This document shows positions 10,778 to 19,303 of a stretch of 64,000 bases of DNA, piece by piece (the first letter of the stretch is position 1; each line of letters opens with the position of its first letter). Below the pieces are notes generated by a model. The model was not told where the DNA came from, did no database searches, and saw nothing but the letters and a program-made list of their open reading frames with translations. The DNA lies in NCBI GenBank assembly GCA_963825135.1, contig CAWGRW010000009.1, positions 352,001-416,000 on the forward strand, read 5' to 3'. A program made the translations under genes and the position numbers. This stretch comes from an uncultured bacterium (lineage in GTDB: Bacteria; Desulfobacterota_D; UBA1144; Nemesobacterales; UBA2774).

Positions 10778-11261
10778 AAATAAAACCGGTCGTTTCGTCG
10801 ATAGTGATGCCGGTCAGATGATGCGGATAGTAAGGGAGCACAAGGTATTCTGGACTACCATGCCGATAGAGCTCGCGGGCGGGGAAGGCAGACCCCTTAA
10901 AGTAGGTATGGTTTTAGCGCTCGTAGGAACCGATGCAGACAGCGGAGTTTCCGAAGAAGGGAGCGGTGCCTCGACCGTATACGACAAGCTCTACGAGCTC
11001 GCCCGGTGGCTCACCTCCGGGGATGATACGGACGTCAGGTTCGAGATAAGGAGACATGACAACATCGTCTTCTACCTCCCGGACGACCTCAAAACCAAGA
11101 GGAAGGACTACGTAGTCGTCGTAAGGATTCTCCACGAAGACCAATTCAACCTCCCTCTGGATAAAAGGCAGCTTGAGACCCTGGGCGGATTCGAAAAGAA
11201 GCTCAAGGATATCGGTTCGCCCAAAGACCACTGGAAAAATCACCCCGTCAATCAGATTTAG
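10764..11261 (+). CDS. Hypothetical protein
   Basis: ORF coupled to the end of ppk2 and upstream of ackA; no recognised motif. Confidence 0.6.
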   Translation: MVTDENKTGRFVDSDAGQMMRIVREHKVFWTTMPIELAGGEGRPLKVGMVLALVGTDADSGVSEEGSGASTVYDKLYELARWLTSGDDTDVRFEIRRHDNIVFYLPDDLKTKRKDYVVVVRILHEDQFNLPLDKRQLETLGGFEKKLKDIGSPKDHWKNHPVNQI

Positions 11262-11307
11262 CGGCTTCGAACACTGAGATAAGGCTGCTATGAGTTAAAC
11301 TAAGTTA

Positions 11308-12504
11308 ATGAGAAAACCGGAAGCCATACTCGTCATAAATTCAGGCTCTTCGAGCCTTAAGTTCTCAGCCTTCACCTTGGACGAAGCCCTGAAGCCGTTC
11401 CTCCGCGGTCAGATAGAAGGTTTATTCACAAACCCTCATTTCACCGCGCATGATGGAGACGGAAACCTTATAGGTGAGAAGAGCTGGGCCTCCGGAACGA
11501 ACCTCGGACACGACGGAGCGATAGAATTCTTATTCGACTTCGGCGGGTCGGGCGTCATGGCGGAACACGCTATAGCAAGCGCAGGGCACAGGGTCGTCCA
11601 CGGCGGGACGGTGTTTACGGAGCCCGCGCTCATAGACGATAGCGTAATCGAGGCCCTCGAAAAGCTCGTTCCCTTAGCCCCCCTCCATCAGCCGCACAAC
11701 ATCGCGGCTATCAGAGCCGTGAGGAAAAAAGTGCCGGGCCTGCCTCAGGTCGCTTGCTTCGACACCTCCTTCCACCGCACTCAACCGCGCTTGGAGCGTA
11801 TCTACGCCATACCGAGAACATACACCGAAGAAGGTGTCGTGCGTTACGGGTTCCACGGCCTCTCGTACGAATACATCACATCCGTCCTGCCGGCGTACGA
11901 CAGGAAGCTCGCCTCGGGCCGCGCCGTAATCGCCCACCTAGGCAACGGCGCGAGCATGTGCGCCGTGAAGGACGGACGGAGCGTCGCCACTACGATGGGG
12001 TTCACGGCCGTGTGCGGTCTCCCCATGGGAACCCGCTCCGGGACGATAGACCCCGGCATCCTGATTTACATGATGGACCATTACGGGATGGACGCGCGGG
12101 CCGTGGAAGACCTGATCTATAACCGGTCGGGCCTCCTCGGCGTATCGGGCGTATCGAGCGACATGCGCACACTCCTCGCAAGCCCCGACCCCCTAGCGAA
12201 GGAGGCTGTCGATCTGTTCATATACAGGATAGGCCGGGAGCTAGGCTCGCTCGCCGCCGCATCGGGAGGCATAGACGGAATAGTGTTCACAGGAGGGATA
12301 GGAGAGAACGCCGCATTTATCAGAGAAAAAGTGTGCCTCAACGCGGGATGGCTCGGAATAGAGCTCGATAAAGACGCGAACGACGCCGGGGGGCCGCGGA
12401 TAAGCAAAGCGAACAGCAGGGTTTCCGCGTGGGTCATACCGACGAACGAGGAACTCGTAATTGCCGCTCATACGAAGCGTCTCCTCGGATCAGCGAGAGG
12501 CTAG
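11308..12504 (+). CDS. ackA: Acetate/propionate kinase
   Basis: INSGSSSLKF, GHRVVHGG, APLH, FDTSFH, YGFHGLSY, HLGNGAS, FTGGIGEN, IPTNEE. Confidence 0.95.
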   Translation: MRKPEAILVINSGSSSLKFSAFTLDEALKPFLRGQIEGLFTNPHFTAHDGDGNLIGEKSWASGTNLGHDGAIEFLFDFGGSGVMAEHAIASAGHRVVHGGTVFTEPALIDDSVIEALEKLVPLAPLHQPHNIAAIRAVRKKVPGLPQVACFDTSFHRTQPRLERIYAIPRTYTEEGVVRYGFHGLSYEYITSVLPAYDRKLASGRAVIAHLGNGASMCAVKDGRSVATTMGFTAVCGLPMGTRSGTIDPGILIYMMDHYGMDARAVEDLIYNRSGLLGVSGVSSDMRTLLASPDPLAKEAVDLFIYRIGRELGSLAAASGGIDGIVFTGGIGENAAFIREKVCLNAGWLGIELDKDANDAGGPRISKANSRVSAWVIPTNEELVIAAHTKRLLGSARG

Positions 12505-12648
12505 TAGTCGAAAAAGAAGATTAAATCGAGCGGATAAATGACGGACGGCGATTTTCATTTCCCTGCCAGCATCTTCCCGAGCCGGCGACTATCCCGTTGT
12601 GCCCCGCCCCGATGATAACGGCGTCATAGGCCATTTCAAGTCCGTCCG

Positions 12649-12921
12649 TCAGTACTCGACGTATACTTCATCGGCATAACACCACGCCCATCTTTCACCG
12701 CGCTCGGCCGAAATGACAATCGGATGGCCCGTCTCCCGGTAGTGCTTCGAGGCGTGCTTATTCTTCGATGAATCGCAGCAATGAACACCTCCGCAAGTCT
12801 GGCAGGCCCTCAGATGGAACCACGTATCCCCCATCTCGACGCATTTCTCGCATACGTGTGTTTTGGGAGGGACGGGCTGCCACCCGCTGAAGTGCTCACA
12901 AAGAGCATTATCCGACGACAT
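12649..12921 (-). CDS. UBP-type zinc finger protein
   Basis: CEH...CEKC..W.HLRACQTCG.VHCCDSS..KHA..H....HP...W.WCY. Confidence 0.9.
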   Translation of the reverse strand: MSSDNALCEHFSGWQPVPPKTHVCEKCVEMGDTWFHLRACQTCGGVHCCDSSKNKHASKHYRETGHPIVISAERGERWAWCYADEVYVEY

Positions 12922-12948
12922 ATGATTCTCCGGTCAATACGAGATGGA

Positions 12949-14610
12949 TCATGATCTGTTCATGTACTCGTGTATGAATTTTATAGCCATGGACCCTTCA
13001 CCGACCGCAGAAGCGACGCGGTTCATAGCGCCCGACCTTACGTCTCCGGCCGCGAATATACCGGGGATGCTCGACTCCAAGAGATAAGGAGTGCGCTCAA
13101 GCTTCCAGATCGACTTAAAATTCTCGTAACTAAGAAGGTCCCTGCCTGTCTCTATATACCCTTTTTCATTCTTTATAAGGTCGAGCTTTATCCAGTCCGT
13201 GAAAGGGCGCATACCTATGAATATGAACAATGACTGAGTCTCTACCGTTCTTCTCTCGCCGGTATCCAGATCCTCGATCACCATGCCTTCAAGTCGTCCG
13301 TCCCCCATTACTTCCGCTACCCGTGTTTTGCCCAGTACAAAAATATTTTCTGTACGCGATATCTGCTCTACTAGATATTGGGACATCGAAGAGCCGAGAG
13401 AGTCGCCTCTAATGATAATGGACACCCTCTTTGCGAATTTCGATAAGTACATTGCAGACTGACCCGCCGAATTCCCGCCGCCTGCTATATATACGTCTCT
13501 ACCCTTGCAGGCATGGGCTTCCGTCCTGGAGGACCCGTAATAAATGCCTGACCCGGTAAAGTCATTTACGCGCTCGGCATCCAATCGTCTGTAATCGACG
13601 CCGGACGCGATTATCAGACTGAGCGCGTTTACGTCCTTTCCGTCCGAGAGCTTAAGGATCTTATACATGTCTTTAAGCTGTATATCGACGACTTCCTGGG
13701 GCGTAAGAAATTCGGCTCCCAGTCTTGTAGCCTGCGTAATAGCACGCCGCGTGAGCTCGGCTCCGCTGAGGCCGCTCGGAAACCCGAGATAATTTTCTAT
13801 CATCGAGCTCGTACCCGCCTGTCCGCCCGGGGCTCTCTTCTCGACGAGGAGCGTCTTCAGGCCCTCGGACGCCCCGTACACCGCCGCCGCGAGCCCCGCG
13901 GGCCCTGCTCCGATTATTACGACGTCGTAGATTTCCTGGGAAGCCTCCGATTTCAGACCCAACTTTCGCGCGAGGGACGTGAAATCGGGATTCGTCAGAT
14001 ACGAGCCGTCTTCGAAAAAAGCCGCGGGTAAGTCTTTATTTTCGATCCCTGAAACACCGATCAGCTCCCTGGCTTTATCGTGCAGCTCTACGTCAAGCCA
14101 GAGATACGGGATCAGGTTGCCCGCCAGATACTCCTTTATCGCGTGCGACTGGGGCGACCATTGATAACCGACTAATCTTATCCCGTCAAAGTCAGGCTTG
14201 TAAGACGCATGCCATTCATCCAGGAGGTCGTCCAAAACCGGGTAGAGCTTCTCCTGAGGGGGGTCCCAGGGCTTCATCAGATAGTAGTCGAGCTGAACTT
14301 CGTTTATCGCCTTTATCGCGGAGTCGGTGTCGGAATAGGCCGTAAGCAGCACCCTTTTCGCCTCCGGGTAAATGTCTTTCGCCCGGACCAGGAAATCTAC
14401 CCCCGAGATTCCGGGCATCCTCTGGTCGGAGACGAAAAGCGCGACCACCTCGTTTTTAAGCTTGAGCTTAGTCAGGCTTTCGAGGCTCTCTTCACCGGAT
14501 TGAGCGGTTATGACCCTATACTCTTTTCCATAATACTTTCTAAGGTCCCTCTCGATAGCCCTGATAACGGCGTTGTCGTCATCGATTGCGAATATCATGG
14601 GTTTCTTCAT
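12949..14610 (-). CDS. Receiver domain fused to thioredoxin-reductase-like FAD oxidoreductase
   Basis: N-terminal REC (IDDD, SDQRMP, LTAY, KPW); GAGPAG, IENYLGFP, GGGNSAG, FAAGDVR; canonical TrxB CxxC absent. Confidence 0.9.
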   Translation of the reverse strand: MKKPMIFAIDDDNAVIRAIERDLRKYYGKEYRVITAQSGEESLESLTKLKLKNEVVALFVSDQRMPGISGVDFLVRAKDIYPEAKRVLLTAYSDTDSAIKAINEVQLDYYLMKPWDPPQEKLYPVLDDLLDEWHASYKPDFDGIRLVGYQWSPQSHAIKEYLAGNLIPYLWLDVELHDKARELIGVSGIENKDLPAAFFEDGSYLTNPDFTSLARKLGLKSEASQEIYDVVIIGAGPAGLAAAVYGASEGLKTLLVEKRAPGGQAGTSSMIENYLGFPSGLSGAELTRRAITQATRLGAEFLTPQEVVDIQLKDMYKILKLSDGKDVNALSLIIASGVDYRRLDAERVNDFTGSGIYYGSSRTEAHACKGRDVYIAGGGNSAGQSAMYLSKFAKRVSIIIRGDSLGSSMSQYLVEQISRTENIFVLGKTRVAEVMGDGRLEGMVIEDLDTGERRTVETQSLFIFIGMRPFTDWIKLDLIKNEKGYIETGRDLLSYENFKSIWKLERTPYLLESSIPGIFAAGDVRSGAMNRVASAVGEGSMAIKFIHEYMNRS

Positions 14611-14648
14611 TTTCCGTGCTTCCTCATAGCCGTCTTTCGGGCGCGGGC

Positions 14649-16049
14649 TTATAAATCCACGGGCAGGCAAATGGAAAATTTCGTAAAACCCGGCCTGGAT
14701 TCAAAGCCAATAGTCCCCTTATGCTGATTTACGATAATACGATATGTTATCTCGAGCCCCAGCCCCGAACCCTCGCCGGGCGCCTTGGTAGTAAAAAAAG
14801 GATCAAATATTTTATCCTGTATTTCCTGCGGGATCCCGTTGCCGTTATCGATAATTTCCACGTTCACCGTATCGGACCCGTTGCCGTTCATTCCCGTCCT
14901 TATCGTGATCATCCCCTTCTCGGGAACTGCGTCGATCGCGTTGTCGATCATATTAGTCCATACCTGATTGAGCTCGCCGCCGTATGCGGATATCGCGGGA
15001 ATTTTGTAGTCGAATTCTTTTTTCAGGGTTACGTTCTTTTTTTTAAGTTTGTGGTTCAGGATGATTATAGTATTTTCTATGCCTTCATGCAGATCGATCT
15101 TTCTTTTCTCATGCGCTTTGTCCATATAAGCGTAAGATTTCATTGCCGATACGAGCTCCGAAATCCTGGACGTGCTTTCGACGAGCTCCCTCACGAGCTT
15201 CCTCATTTCAACGTCCCTCGGGAGCCAATTCAAAAAATTCGTGACCTGGTCCGGTTTTAATTTCTCTGAAAAATCACTGAGTATTTTCTTGGTAAATCCG
15301 ACGGAGACAAGTGCCGATGCAAGCTCCCACGGCTCTCCGACGCCCTGCTCTTCCATCCAGCCTGTCAATTCATCTTCAAGCTCGTTTCGCTCTACCGCGT
15401 CGAGCTCCACACCGTCCACGTCTATGACATCTTCAATCGGCTGAAACGGATAACCGCTCTTATCGACTTCGTCTTTGAACATGTAGTATTTCAGTATCTC
15501 GGAGGAGAAGATGTCGAATTCGTATACAGTATTCGCCAGATTCTCCGCCGTCCTCTTTGAGGCCGATGCCGGGTTATTCAATTCATGGGCGAGGCCGGCC
15601 GCCATCGTTCCGAGCGAGGCCAGCTTTTCCCTTTGAAACGAGAGGTGCGTTAATTCAAACATCCTGCTCGACATATTGGACAATATTTTTCCTCTCACCG
15701 TCGAGCAGTTACCCAGCATGTACCAGAAATCATTCTCGTCCACGCTGAATATTCTCATATCCGTAACAGCTATCCCGTTTGCCATATGCGTCATTCCCGA
15801 GAGCAGAGGCACCTCGCCGCCGGACATCCCTTTTGTGAACCGGCCGATCTGGAGCTTTTCTCCCTTGATTATCCTGTAAATTTCGAGTGTGCCCTCGAGA
15901 AAGATATAAAAACGCCTGGCGTGATCCCCCTCGCAAAAAAGATGTTCGCCTTTTTTCAATTCCACAATTACGCCCTTTACGTCCTCGTCCAACTCTTCGT
16001 CGGTAATTTCCGAGAACAGGTCCATATCCTTCAATTCTCTTATAAACAT
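14649..16049 (-). CDS. Cyclic-nucleotide-binding domain sensor histidine kinase
   Basis: N-terminal cNMP fold (LFCEGD..GEVPLL); H-box LAHELNNP, N-box NQVWTNMIDNA, DNGNG, FFTTK, GSGLGL. Confidence 0.9.
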   Translation of the reverse strand: MFIRELKDMDLFSEITDEELDEDVKGVIVELKKGEHLFCEGDHARRFYIFLEGTLEIYRIIKGEKLQIGRFTKGMSGGEVPLLSGMTHMANGIAVTDMRIFSVDENDFWYMLGNCSTVRGKILSNMSSRMFELTHLSFQREKLASLGTMAAGLAHELNNPASASKRTAENLANTVYEFDIFSSEILKYYMFKDEVDKSGYPFQPIEDVIDVDGVELDAVERNELEDELTGWMEEQGVGEPWELASALVSVGFTKKILSDFSEKLKPDQVTNFLNWLPRDVEMRKLVRELVESTSRISELVSAMKSYAYMDKAHEKRKIDLHEGIENTIIILNHKLKKKNVTLKKEFDYKIPAISAYGGELNQVWTNMIDNAIDAVPEKGMITIRTGMNGNGSDTVNVEIIDNGNGIPQEIQDKIFDPFFTTKAPGEGSGLGLEITYRIIVNQHKGTIGFESRPGFTKFSICLPVDL

Positions 16050-16256
16050 TGTATGGCACCCACTATAGAGTTAGATAATCCGGATGTCACAATCGCGCGC
16101 TCCCGACAGGTGAACACTTAAAAGGTATTCTGATATAATATGTCAAGAAAATATAAAAAATCCAAGTCTTTATGTTTTTTTACGAATAAAACTATTGATG
16201 GACGGTACAAAGTCTGTTATAGATATAAGCGTTTACGTTAACCCTGAAACATTCAC

Positions 16257-16330
16257 GTCCCCGTAGCTCAGAAGGATAGAGCGCAGGATTCCTAATCCTG
16301 AGGCCGGAGGTTCGAATCCTCTCGGGGACG
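16257..16330 (+). tRNA. tRNA-Arg (anticodon CCT); CCA not encoded (followed by CAA)
   Basis: Cloverleaf: GTCCCCG/CGGGGAC acceptor, GCTC/GAGC D-stem, CAGGA-TTCCTAA-TCCTG anticodon arm, GGAGG-TTCGAAT-CCTCT T-arm. Confidence 0.97.
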
Positions 16331-17240
16331 CAACCATACAGATCTTCAATCGGTTCTTGCGCCGGAAGCTGGACGCATATCAGTCGGAGAATAGACATTG
16401 TTGCAATTAACCTATGGCGTCCGATTCCTCCTATTCGTCGAAATCGTTCTCTCGGGGACGCAAAACTTTCCCTAAGCATAGTGGCTCTATTGCATTCTTC
16501 CAAAGGCGTCCGGTTCTTGCGCATCGCTCAGAAACCGTTCTCTCGGGGACGCAATAACTCAGTCCGGAGAATCAGTAACATTGTTGCAATTAACCTATGG
16601 CGTCCGATTCCTCCTATTCGTCGAAATCGTTCTCTCGGGGACGCATAACTCAGTCCGGAGAAAGAAGTGAATAACATGGCGTCCGATTTCCTATCTCTGT
16701 ACCATTCAGTCCGGTTAACATGGCAAAGTCGACTAGTCGAAACGTCCGGGACGCATAACTCAGTCCGGAGAATAGAACATTGTTGCAATTAACCTATGGC
16801 GTCCGATTCCTCCATTCGTCGAAATCGTTCTCGGGGACGCATAACTCAGTCGGAATAGAACAGCTGGATCTATTCGTCGAAATCGGGGACGCATAACAGT
16901 CCGGAGAATAGTAACATTGTTGCAATTAACCTATGGCGTCCGATTCCTCCTATTCGTCGAAATCGTTCTCTCGGGGACGCATAACTCAGTCCGAAGAATA
17001 GTAACATTGTTGCAATCAACCTAAGGCGTCCAATTGCTCACTTGTTCGCAATTGTTTCTCGGGGACGCAGCAATTTACCAAAGTACAGTGACCATGTTGC
17101 ATTCTTTCAAAGGCGTCCAATTTAGTTTGGTTTCAGTAGATCATCCCGAGAACATTGGCATTGTTGCAATTAGCATAGGGCGACCGGTTTCTCACTTGCT
17201 CGAAACCGTTACTTGTTCGCAATTGTTTCTCGGGGACGCA
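16321..17240 (+). repeat. Tandem array of ten ~88-92 nt units, each ending in a copy of the tRNA-Arg 3' end (CTCTCGGGGACGCA)
   Basis: GGACGC at 16326 (tRNA), 16371, 16456, 16547, 16639, 16749, 16835, 16887, 16975, 17063, 17234; intact unit = GGACGCA-~43 nt-GGCGTCC-hairpin-GTT-CTCTCGG; some units truncated or noisy. Confidence 0.9.
17123..17210 (+). mobile_element. 88-nt element nested in the hairpin of the last array unit
   Basis: TAGTTTGGTTTCAG...GACC-GGTTTC(TCACTTGCTC)GAAACC-GTT interrupts AATT[GCTC]ACTTGTTCGCAATT. Confidence 0.7.
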
Positions 17241-17298
17241 CACACAATGTATGCTCATAGAGGTTTCCTATGAAACTCTTCCTATTTCCCAGGTAGCC

Positions 17299-17328
17299 TA
17301 GGAGCGGCTTCCAGCCGCAACCTTTTTT
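17299..17328 (+). terminator. REP-like hairpin with T-tract; candidate terminator of the tRNA-array transcript
   Basis: TAGGA-GCGGCT-TCC-AGCCGC-AACC-TTTTTT. Confidence 0.45.
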
Positions 17329-17501
17329 CGAAGTGCTGAGTCAGGGTTGCCAATTGACAATGTCCTCCAATTGTTCATTATCCCGGAATCGTTAATGCAC
17401 ATTATATAAGATGGGGGACGCGGCCGGCAGGATGCACCGATATTTTCAATTTCTTAAAAAATTAGTCTGTCATAATCAAAAAATATCATTATAATTCGGG
17501 G

Positions 17502-19281
17502 ATGATGAAATCCGTTCTACCCATTCTGTTGATACTTCTGTTTGCACTTTCCTGCGACTCCTCAGGTCCCGGAAACTCGGCGAACGTTTTCGGAGACAAT
17601 GTGCCCGATCCGGATGCAGTCGCCGAGGGCCCTGTCGAGAGCGACGTAGTCCTGGACATCGTACTCGGGCTCGCGCGCTCTCAGGATAGTCTCGCCGAGA
17701 GAGTCGATGAGCTCCACGATCCGGGCTCCCCTCATTATCACGATTTCAGGAGCGTTCCGGAGATCGCCGAGGAGTTCGGGGCCGACGATTCGGCAATAAA
17801 GACAGTGCAGGAATACCTGGACGGGCTTGGCATTTCCTTGACCGCCGATGCCACAAAGGGATTTCTTCACGGCCGGGCGACGGCTGCGCAGCTGGATCAG
17901 CTTTTCGACACGGAGCTTTTTTATTACAAGATAGACGAAGGCACTTTTATTGCGCCCTCGATAGCGCCTTCGCTCCCCGCGGCGCTTAACGGACTTGTGA
18001 CGGAGGTTCTGGGTTTAAGCACCGAGCCTTCTCTCTGGGAAATCTCCCCATCCGACAGATTCCGAGACCGCTCTCGGCCCATCCGTTGCAATCGACACGC
18101 CGGGCTCCCCGACAGTCACGGGGACCCGCGAGGGGTGCGCCGACGCCCTCAAGCAAAAAGGCTTCACCCCGAACCAGTTTCGAACGGCTTACGGGATCGA
18201 TGACCTTCACGAGCTCGGTTTCGAAGGGCAGGGCATCACAATGGCCCTCGTCGAGGGAACCAGTTTCGAGCAATCGAATATCGATAAGTTCACATCCTGT
18301 TTCGGAATTTCCAATCCCGTCGTTCCGACGGTCGTCCAGCTGGGAAGCGACGAGCTCAAACCCGACGGAGAACCGTTTCTCGATATTGAAACAGCTCTAA
18401 TGATCGCCCCCAAGCTCTCGGGGCTTTACGTTTTTCAAGAGAAACTCAATTCCCTGGCCGACTGGATCACGCTCTTCTCCGCGCCGCTCAACACCAAGCA
18501 CACGGCGGGGGTTCCCGTGCAGATAATGTCGGGGAGTCTCGGAAACTGCGAGGTCAAATGGGGGTTTGCGGCAATTAGTACGCTGGAATTCGTATTCATG
18601 AACGCGGCAGCTTCAGGGGTGCACGTGTTTATCTCCGCGGGAGACAGCGGCTCGTCCACATGTTTCCACCACGATAAAAAGACCAAGACCAAGTCCGCCG
18701 AGTATCCCGCGTCGTCGCAATACGTCACAGGCGTCGGCGGGACTAACCTTGCGCTCAATGAGGACAACACGATCAAGGGAGAGGGCGTATGGAACGACCA
18801 GGATTTCCCCGCTCCCTACAACAAAAAGTTTGGAGCCGGCGGCGGCGGCAAAAGCATGTTCCTCTCGAGACCTCTCTGGCAGAAGGGAACGAAAATAAAG
18901 GGCTTCAGGAGGACGACGCCCGACGTGGCATTCTTCGCCGATCCTTTTCCGGGCTACGTCATAAACGACTCGCTGAAAGGCTGGTTCGATAACGGGGGCA
19001 CGAGCGCCGCGACGCCGTTTTTCGCCGCGTCCATGGCCCTCGTGCTCCAGGCCGCGAAGGAAAACGACGTAACCCTCGACCTCACTTACGAGCTAATCTA
19101 CAAGCTCGCGAACAGCGACGCCTACGACGGGGTTTTTCAGGACGTGGTCATAGGGAATAACGACCTCTTCGACGTCGGCTGCTGCACTGCGGGACCGCGT
19201 TACGATATGGCAAGCGGGTGGGGATCGCTCAACATCAATTCCCTGGCCGAAGTCTTGATCCCGGGGTTGGGGAACCGATAG
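17502..19281 (+). CDS. S53 (sedolisin/kumamolisin) serine protease lipoprotein with pro-domain, split by a frameshift near 18055
   Basis: LFALSC lipobox, pro-kumamolisin-like region, GFTPNQFRTAYGI in the shifted frame, catalytic EPFLD, SAGDSG, GGTSAATP, Ca-site DVVIGNN..YDMASGWG. Confidence 0.85.
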
Positions 19282-19303
19282 TTTAGGTTATTAAGGTTTT
19301 ATT

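Noticed and set aside
16331..16460. tRNA-associated HDV-like (theta) ribozyme
   Set aside because: I could not fit the nested double-pseudoknot by eye. Not supported, though a motif search would be needed to exclude it.
16321..17240. CRISPR array
   Set aside because: The 'spacers' are repeated or homologous to each other, the constant part includes the tRNA end, the period is ~90 nt, and there are no cas genes in the window.
16321..17240. Integron attC array
   Set aside because: The GTT is followed by pyrimidines (not GTTRRRY), there is no complementary RYYYAAC box, and there are no cassette ORFs or intI.
16321..17240. attL/attR of a prophage or genomic island
   Set aside because: The tRNA-end copies are only ~90 nt apart and no integrase or cargo lies between or beside them.
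16192..17273. Short ORFs over the tRNA and array
   Set aside because: They are translations of the tRNA and repeat units, with no RBS or protein-like signal.
17413..17421. Extra GGGGGACGC downstream of the array
   Set aside because: It lacks the preceding hairpin-GTT and the downstream GCGTCC; probably chance.
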